Source: an uncultured Rhodospirillaceae bacterium (GTDB taxonomy: Bacteria; Pseudomonadota; Alphaproteobacteria; GCA-2731375). From it: a DNA stretch of 64,000 nt. The position numbers and the translations under genes are program-made. The stretch spans positions 1,477-65,476 of the forward strand of contig CAZPWJ010000016.1 in assembly GCA_964590195.1 (NCBI GenBank), written 5' to 3'. Below are positions 58,473 through 64,000 of this stretch, one piece after another. A model generated the notes under the pieces. It was given only the letters and a program-made list of their open reading frames with translations. It did no database searches and had not been told where the DNA came from. How positions within the stretch are numbered: position 1 is the first letter of the stretch; each line of letters opens with the position of its first letter.

Positions 58473-58844
58473 TTACGCTTTCTTCTTGCCGGCGATGGGC
58501 CGCGCCGGGCCTTTGCGCGTGCGCGCGTTGGTATGTGTCCGCTGCCCACGCAACGGCAGGCCCTTACGATGGCGAATACCGCGATAGCAGCCCAGATCCA
58601 TCAACCGCTTGATGTTCATGGCCACTTCACGGCGCAAATCGCCTTCAACCATGTGATCCTGGTCGATAAGCTCACGAATTTGGATGACTTCCTGATCCGT
58701 CAGTTCCGCAACCCGTCGCTCGCGCGGGATGCCGACCTTGCTGCAGATCTCCGTGGCCTTGGTCCTGCCAATGCCATGGATATAAGTCAAAGAAATCTCG
58801 ACCCTTTTGTTGGTCGGAATATTGATGCCTGCTATCCGCGCCAC
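58473..58844 (-). CDS. rpsM: 30S ribosomal protein S13
   Basis: (V/M)[25 protein letters not shown]. Likely GTG start at 58844 after GAGGAG. The track ORF is 5'-extended. Confidence 0.9.
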   Translation of the reverse strand: MARIAGINIPTNKRVEISLTYIHGIGRTKATEICSKVGIPRERRVAELTDQEVIQIRELIDQDHMVEGDLRREVAMNIKRLMDLGCYRGIRHRKGLPLRGQRTHTNARTRKGPARPIAGKKKA

Positions 58845-59058
58845 CCGGAATCTCCTCGTATACGTATCAATTGGCCGCTTAATCGTGTGGCCGTCCAAAC
58901 TATTTTTGTTCAGCCAGCCCTTTGGAACCGCCGAACCTAACCGTACTCAACCTCGCCTGCACCGCACGAACCAAACCGTTCGGAACCCGCCCACGGGAGC
59001 AATCACAATGAATGTGGAACCCCGCGAAATAATGCCTTTTTGCGGCTAAGTCAATGCC

Positions 59059-59709
59059 TTAAGCCGCACCCAACAATGCCTTCATCTGCCGGGTCACTTC
59101 GTCAATGTCCGCCATGCCGTCGACGGTCTTAAGAATACCTTTGTCACGATAGAACGGCAGCAACGGCGCCGTCTGTTCGTGATACGCCTTCAGCCGCGAG
59201 ACAACGGTCTCGGCGTTGTCATCGGCGCGCCGGTTAAACTCGGTACGGCCGCAATTATCACAGATGCCGTCAACCTTGGGCTGCAAATTCGTATCGTGAT
59301 AACCCGCACCGCAATTGGCGCAGGTATAACGGCCCGTAATCCGGTCCACCAGCAAACCGTCGTCCACTTGCATTTCGACCACCGCATCCAGGCGCAATGA
59401 CTTTTCCGTCAACATGACCTCCAACGCCTCGGCCTGGGCCAGGGTGCGGGGAAAACCATCGAGAATAAAGCCATTCTGGCAATCCGCCTCGTCAACACGG
59501 TCGGAAATAATACCGACGACAATGTCATCGGACACCAGTTCACCGGCTTCCATCACCGATTTCGCGCGCAAACCCACCTCGGTACCTGCCGCGACCGCCG
59601 CCCGCAGCATATCGCCGGTGGACAATTGCACGATGCGATAGGCATCCATCAGGCGCTGCGCCTGGGTGCCTTTACCGGCGCCGGGAGGACCTAGCAAAAT
59701 CATTCTCAT
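59059..59709 (-). CDS. adk: adenylate kinase
   Basis: MRMILLGPPGAGKGTQA P-loop. The Zn-ribbon LID is present (CANCGAGYH...CDNCG). Confidence 0.95.
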   Translation of the reverse strand: MRMILLGPPGAGKGTQAQRLMDAYRIVQLSTGDMLRAAVAAGTEVGLRAKSVMEAGELVSDDIVVGIISDRVDEADCQNGFILDGFPRTLAQAEALEVMLTEKSLRLDAVVEMQVDDGLLVDRITGRYTCANCGAGYHDTNLQPKVDGICDNCGRTEFNRRADDNAETVVSRLKAYHEQTAPLLPFYRDKGILKTVDGMADIDEVTRQMKALLGAA

Positions 59710-59719
59710 CGCAGGATAC

Positions 59720-61066
59720 TCATCGGTTGCGGCCCCGCAGTTTTGATTTCTTGATCAGGCCTTCATACTGATGCGCCAGCAGATGTGATTGGATCTGCGA
59801 TACCGTATCCATGGTCACGCTGACCACGATCAGCAGCGAAGTGCCGCCGAAATAGAACGGCACCGCATATTGCGACATCAGCAATTCCGGCAACAAACAG
59901 ACCAGGGCCAGATAGCCCGCGCCAACCACCGTCAGGCGGGTCAGCACATAATCAAGGTATTCCGCCGTGCGCTTGCCGGGCCGGATGCCGGGAATAAAAC
60001 CGCCATATTTCTTCAGGTTATCCGCCGTATCCGCCGGGTTAAAGACGATCGCGGTATAGAAGAAACAGAAGAAGACAATGCCGCCGATATACATGCTCAG
60101 GTACAGCGGCTGGCCCCGTCCCAGAAGCGATGTCACGGTGGTCAGCCATTCCGGTCCGCCCTGGGCCGAGAACGAGGCGACGGTAACCGGCAGCAGCAAC
60201 AGCGAGGAGGCGAAGATCGGCGGAATGACGCCGGCCGTGTTCAGTTTCAGCGGCATATGCGTGTTCTCGCCGCCGAACATCTTCTGGCCGACCTGGCGTT
60301 TCGGGTATTGCACCACGATGCGCCGCTGCGCCCGCTCGATAAAGACGATGAAGGTGATGGTCGCGATGACCAGAACGATCAGAAACAGAATGAACAGCGT
60401 GTTCAAGGCACCGGTGCGGCCCAATTCCAGGGTCGAGGCGATGGCGGATGGCAGTTGCGCCACGATACCGGCGAAGATGATCAGGGAAATACCGTTACCC
60501 ACGCCGCGCGCCGTGATCTGTTCGCCAAGCCACATCAGGAAGATGGTGCCACCCACGAGGGTGATTACCGTACTGGCCTTGAAGAACATGCCCGCCGCCA
60601 GAACCACGCCGCCGCCGCCGGAGGCCGTCATGCCTTCCAGCCCGGCGGCGATGCCATAGGCCTGCAAGGCGGTCAGAATAACCGTGCCGTAGCGGGTGTA
60701 TTGATTGATTTTCTTGCGGCCCTGCTCGCCTTCCTTCTTCAGCTGTTCCAGATGAGGCGAAACCGTGGTCAACAGCTGAATGATAATGGAGGCCGAGATA
60801 TAGGGCATGATATTCAGGGCGAAAATCGTCATGCGCCCCAGGGCGCCGCCCGAGAAAACATCGAACATCCCCAGGATACCGCCGCGCTGCTGCTCGAAGA
60901 TCTCCGCCAGCGCCGCCGGATCGATACCGGGAATGGGAATGTAGGTGCCGATACGATAGACGATCAACGCCCCCAGGGTGAACCAGAGGCGTTTCTTCAA
61001 TTCCGTCGCCTTGGAAAAGGCGCCGAAATTTATGTTAGCCGCTAATTGTTCCGCTGCGGATGCCAT
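59720..61066 (-). CDS. secY: preprotein translocase subunit SecY
   Basis: 448 aa with ten transmembrane helices. Canonical SecY motifs ([15 protein letters not shown], plug and hinge regions). Confidence 0.95.
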   Translation of the reverse strand: MASAAEQLAANINFGAFSKATELKKRLWFTLGALIVYRIGTYIPIPGIDPAALAEIFEQQRGGILGMFDVFSGGALGRMTIFALNIMPYISASIIIQLLTTVSPHLEQLKKEGEQGRKKINQYTRYGTVILTALQAYGIAAGLEGMTASGGGGVVLAAGMFFKASTVITLVGGTIFLMWLGEQITARGVGNGISLIIFAGIVAQLPSAIASTLELGRTGALNTLFILFLIVLVIATITFIVFIERAQRRIVVQYPKRQVGQKMFGGENTHMPLKLNTAGVIPPIFASSLLLLPVTVASFSAQGGPEWLTTVTSLLGRGQPLYLSMYIGGIVFFCFFYTAIVFNPADTADNLKKYGGFIPGIRPGKRTAEYLDYVLTRLTVVGAGYLALVCLLPELLMSQYAVPFYFGGTSLLIVVSVTMDTVSQIQSHLLAHQYEGLIKKSKLRGRNR

Positions 61067-61127
61067 ATTGTTCGTCCTCGTGGCGGCCTCGCATTACGAT
61101 CGCGGAGCCGCCTGTTCAATGCCGCGG

Positions 61128-61667
61128 TTATTCCGCAGAGTCTTTTGGCGAGTCTTTTGGCGCGTCTTTCGCCGAGCTTTTTGGCGTATCTTCCTTGGCG
61201 ACTTCCTTGACCACGGTCACGGTAATCGCGCCGCCGGCTTTTTCCACCGCCGCCACGGCAACCGCCGAGGCGCCCGCCACGGTGATCTCGATTTTTGCGC
61301 TCAATTCGCCCTTGGCCAGCAGACGCACGCCATCACGGGCACGGCGCACCACGCCCGAGGCAACCAACTCAGCCTCGCCGATGGGCTTGCCGGCGTCGAG
61401 TTTGCCCGCATCGATAAAGCTTTGCAGCTGGCCCAGATTGATGACCTGGTAGCGCTTGCCAAAGATATTGTTAAAGCCGCGCTTGGGCAGGCGCCGATAC
61501 AACGGCATCTGGCCGCCTTCGAAGCCCTTGATGGCCACGCCGGAGCGTGACTTCTGACCCTTGTGGCCCCGGCCGGCGGTCTTACCCTTGCCCGAACCAA
61601 TGCCCCGGCCAAGCCGCTTGGATTTATGGCGGGCACCGGCGTTATCGCGTAATTCGTTCAGTTTCAT
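61128..61667 (-). CDS. rplO: 50S ribosomal protein L15 with K/D/P/S-rich C-terminal tail
   Basis: [43 protein letters not shown] canonical L15 N-terminus. C-terminal ...[22 protein letters not shown] is encoded by imperfect 12-nt repeats. Confidence 0.9.
   Translation of the reverse strand: MKLNELRDNAGARHKSKRLGRGIGSGKGKTAGRGHKGQKSRSGVAIKGFEGGQMPLYRRLPKRGFNNIFGKRYQVINLGQLQSFIDAGKLDAGKPIGEAELVASGVVRRARDGVRLLAKGELSAKIEITVAGASAVAVAAVEKAGGAITVTVVKEVAKEDTPKSSAKDAPKDSPKDSAE
61136..61200 (-). repeat. imperfect tandem 12-nt repeats encoding the L15 tail
   Basis: GAGTCTTTTGGC GAGTCTTTTGGC GCGTCTTTCGCC GAGCTTTTTGGC on the plus strand. Confidence 0.6.
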
Positions 61668-61670
61668 GAC

Positions 61671-61868
61671 TTACTCCGCCGCTTCAACGCGGACAAGATG
61701 GTGCACCTTATTGATCATGCCGCGCACCGAAGGGGTATCCTCCAACTCGCGGGTCCGATGCATCTTGTTTAGCCCAAGGCCGATCAAGGTCTGCCGTTGC
61801 CATTGCGGCCGCCCGATCGGACTGCCGATCTGGGTTACCGTCACTGTCTTTTTCTTAGCTTTCGCCAT
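61671..61868 (-). CDS. rpmD: 50S ribosomal protein L30
   Basis: [21 protein letters not shown]...[10 protein letters not shown]... canonical L30. Confidence 0.9.
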   Translation of the reverse strand: MAKAKKKTVTVTQIGSPIGRPQWQRQTLIGLGLNKMHRTRELEDTPSVRGMINKVHHLVRVEAAE

Positions 61869-61983
61869 GGTTCATATTCCAGTCTAGCTTAATGCCCGCA
61901 ACCTTGGTCGTTGATCAGGTACCTTGGCCACATATAGGCATTGCCGGCGCCATTAACAGCCGCCATCCTTATTCGGCCGTCCC

Positions 61984-62568
61984 TTATGCGTCCGCCGTTT
62001 CCGCCGCCTCGGCGGTTTCCGCCGCTTCCCTGTCGGCCGACTTGCCACGCCCGCGCCGACCGACAATCTCGGCCACTTTCTTGCCCCGCTTGGCCGCCAC
62101 CGTGCGCGGCGAAACCTGGTTCTTCAATGCCTCAAACGTGGCCCGAACCATGTTGTAGGGGTTGGAGGAGCCTTGTGATTTGGTAACGACATCCTGTACG
62201 CCGATGCATTCGAAGACGGCGCGCATGGGACCGCCCGCGATTATGCCCGTACCGGGAGGTGCGGCGCGCAACAGAACCTTGCCGGCGCCGTGACGTCCGG
62301 TGATGTCATGATGCAGGGTGCGTCCTTCGCGCAAGGGAACCCGGATCATGCCCTTTTTGGCAGTTTCCGTTGCCTTGCGGATGGCCTCTGGCACCTCGCG
62401 GGCCTTACCGTGGCCGAAGCCGACGCGGCCCTTCTGATCGCCAACCACCACCAGGGCGGCAAAACCAAACCGGCGGCCACCCTTGACCACTTTGGCGACC
62501 CGATTGATATGCACCAGCTTGTCGACAAACTCGCTGTCGCCGCGGTCTCCGAAGTCATTGCGTGCCAT
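61984..62568 (-). CDS. rpsE: 30S ribosomal protein S5 with acidic Ala/Glu/Thr-rich C-terminal extension
   Basis: [28 protein letters not shown] canonical S5. C-terminal [17 protein letters not shown]. Confidence 0.9.
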   Translation of the reverse strand: MARNDFGDRGDSEFVDKLVHINRVAKVVKGGRRFGFAALVVVGDQKGRVGFGHGKAREVPEAIRKATETAKKGMIRVPLREGRTLHHDITGRHGAGKVLLRAAPPGTGIIAGGPMRAVFECIGVQDVVTKSQGSSNPYNMVRATFEALKNQVSPRTVAAKRGKKVAEIVGRRGRGKSADREAAETAEAAETADA

Positions 62569-62584
62569 AGGGACCTAGCCTTTC

Positions 62585-62947
62585 CTAAAAATTCAAGCCG
62601 GCTTCACGCGCGGCATCCGCCAGCGCCTTGACCCGGCCGTGAAATTGGTAACCGCCGCGGTCGAACACGACCGCCTCGACGCCGGCGCTCTTGGCCCGCT
62701 CCGCAATCAGGGCGCCGACCTTCGCCGCCGCCTCCCGATCCGCGCCGGTCTTCAAGGCCGTACGCAGATCCTTGTCCAGGCTGGATGCGGCCGCCAAAGT
62801 CTGGCCCGCGGTGTCGTCAATGACCTGAGCATAGATATGCTTGGAAGAGCGGAAAACCGAAAGACGCGGCCGGCCCGTGGCAAGCTTCGCCAACTTCGAG
62901 CGGCTGCGCCGTTGCCGGCGTTTGAATAGTTCTTTTGAATTCGCCAT
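62585..62947 (-). CDS. rplR: 50S ribosomal protein L18
   Basis: [20 protein letters not shown]...[15 protein letters not shown] canonical L18. Confidence 0.95.
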   Translation of the reverse strand: MANSKELFKRRQRRSRSKLAKLATGRPRLSVFRSSKHIYAQVIDDTAGQTLAAASSLDKDLRTALKTGADREAAAKVGALIAERAKSAGVEAVVFDRGGYQFHGRVKALADAAREAGLNF

Positions 62948-62953
62948 CGTCGC

Positions 62954-63487
62954 CTACTTCTTCTTGCCTTCCTTGCGGAAGATATATTCGCCCACATAGC
63001 GCACGCCCTTGCCTTTGTATGGCTCCGGCGGACGAAATGATCTGATCTTCGCGGCAACCTGGCCGACTTGTTGCTTGTCGATACCCTTGACCTTCACGGA
63101 GGTGGGGCGTTCGCACTCGATCTCAATCCCATCGGGAATGGGGAAATCGATGTCATGGCTGTGGCCCAATTGCAGCTTCAAGGTCTTGCCCTGCAAATTG
63201 GCGCGATAGCCGACACCCTGGATCTCCAGTTCCTTGGAGAAACCTTCAGAGACACCGGTCACCAGGTTCTGGGCCAGGCTGCGCTGCATGCCCCACATAG
63301 AGCGGGCGACCTTGCCCTGATCCTTGGGCGTCACGACAATCTGATTGTCGGCGTGGCTCATTTCCACGTGCTCGACCAATTCCATGGACAGCTCGCCCAG
63401 CTTGCCCTTTGCCTTTAGGACCTGGTTGGCCAGTTCAACGGTGACGCCATCTGGCACGATCACCGGTTTGTTTCCGATACGGGACAT
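62954..63487 (-). CDS. rplF: 50S ribosomal protein L6
   Basis: MSRIGNKPVIVPDGVTVE... canonical L6. 177 aa. Confidence 0.95.
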   Translation of the reverse strand: MSRIGNKPVIVPDGVTVELANQVLKAKGKLGELSMELVEHVEMSHADNQIVVTPKDQGKVARSMWGMQRSLAQNLVTGVSEGFSKELEIQGVGYRANLQGKTLKLQLGHSHDIDFPIPDGIEIECERPTSVKVKGIDKQQVGQVAAKIRSFRPPEPYKGKGVRYVGEYIFRKEGKKK

Positions 63488-63519
63488 CTTGGTTCCCCTA
63501 AACTATCTTCAGAACAACT

Positions 63520-63918
63520 CTAAAATACTTGGCAAATGACTTCGCCGCCCACGTTGGCTTCCCGCGCTTCGCTATCCGACAGCACCCCTTGCGGCGTGGT
63601 CAGAATGGAAATGCCCAGGCCATTGGCAACGCTCGGCAATTGCTTGACCGACGAGTAAACCCGCCGGCCCGGCGTCGAAACCCGCTTGATTTGCTGAATA
63701 ACCGGCTGGCCCTCGTAATATTTGAGCTCAATTGACAATTCGGCTTTGCCGCGGTCGTAGTCCGTGCGCGAATAGCCGCGAATGTAGCCCTCGCGCTGCA
63801 AGACTTCCAAAACACGTTCCCGCAGCCGCGACGCCGGCGACAAAATGCTGCCCTTACCCGCGCGCTGACCATTGCGAATGCGCGTCAGCATGTCGCCGAT
63901 CGGATCGGTCATCGACAT
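63520..63918 (-). CDS. rpsH: 30S ribosomal protein S8
   Basis: [18 protein letters not shown]... canonical S8. GGGAGG ribosome-binding site. Confidence 0.95.
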   Translation of the reverse strand: MSMTDPIGDMLTRIRNGQRAGKGSILSPASRLRERVLEVLQREGYIRGYSRTDYDRGKAELSIELKYYEGQPVIQQIKRVSTPGRRVYSSVKQLPSVANGLGISILTTPQGVLSDSEAREANVGGEVICQVF

Positions 63919-63931
63919 CGTTACGCCTCCC

Positions 63932-64000
63932 TTACCAGCTAGACTTGGTCAGGCCCGGAATCTGTCCGAGCGAACCCAGTTCGCGCAAGGCGATCCGGGA
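63932..64000 (-). CDS. rpsN: 30S ribosomal protein S14, 3' end only (remainder outside the window)
   Basis: The minus-strand translation of the window end reads ...[21 protein letters not shown], the conserved S14 C-terminus. Its stop lies 11 nt before the S8 start. Confidence 0.8.
   Translation of the reverse strand, partial: SRIALRELGSLGQIPGLTKSSW

Noticed and set aside
58845-59058. 214-nt gap between adk and rpsM, where rpmJ (L36) sits in many bacteria
   Set aside because: No plausible ~38-codon Cys-rich ORF is present on the minus strand. rpmJ is commonly located elsewhere in Alphaproteobacteria, so this is not an anomaly and probably not a missed gene.
1-64000. tRNA/rRNA genes, CRISPR arrays, integrases/transposases, toxin-antitoxin pairs
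   Set aside because: All intergenic regions longer than 100 nt were scanned by eye. No cloverleaf-like structures, no repeat-spacer arrays and no recombinase or TA-like small ORF pairs were found. Coding density is very high and leaves little room for them.

Overview
This is a 64 kb high-GC (about 60-65%) chromosomal segment that looks alphaproteobacterial. The supporting signs are the ribosomal gene order, pccB/pccA and ivd products that resemble Rhodobacter-type proteins closely, and Lys/Asp-rich and Ala/Glu-rich tails on L15 and S5. Coding density is very high and many adjacent genes overlap in an ATGA pattern.

The left 47 kb is mostly accessory and metabolic. Main feature groups, in order:

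- the 3' end of an acyl-CoA ligase gene;
- a lower-GC minus-strand cluster with a B12-binding radical SAM enzyme, a NodB-type polysaccharide deacetylase and a TagF/capsule-like transferase;
- an acyl-CoA catabolic cluster with a short-chain dehydrogenase, an enoyl-CoA hydratase, a nitronate-monooxygenase-family protein and two translationally coupled acyl-CoA dehydrogenases;
- a tandem GFA-domain protein, two MFS transporters, two luciferase-like oxidoreductases, a Zn-alcohol dehydrogenase and a Cys-type sulfatase;
- an operon with a TPR-CHAT lipoprotein, a secreted protein and a CHASE2 class III nucleotide cyclase;
- an operon with a PhyH dioxygenase, a split transketolase, a luciferase-like oxidoreductase and an MFS transporter;
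- a citryl-CoA-lyase-like short citrate-synthase-fold protein;
- ivd, a MATE exporter and a class III aminotransferase;
- an AT-rich islet carrying a stand-alone flavodiiron/ODP-like metallo-beta-lactamase-fold protein coupled to a sensor-less histidine kinase;
- two paralogous multi-PAS histidine kinases, one containing four tandem PAS repeats;
- a thioesterase, a short-chain dehydrogenase, an AhpD-like protein, acylphosphatase and pccB-pccA.

The right 17 kb is housekeeping:

- ATP12 chaperone, AsmA, a HAD hydrolase, an alpha/beta hydrolase;
- an rluC-crcB-rarA-degP chain;
- the minus-strand ribosomal block rpsN-rpsH-rplF-rplR-rpsE-rpmD-rplO-secY-adk-rpsM-rpsK-rpoA-rplQ.

I saw no rRNA, tRNA, CRISPR, integrase or transposase genes. 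Every family assignment comes from motifs read in the translations. No database search was possible.
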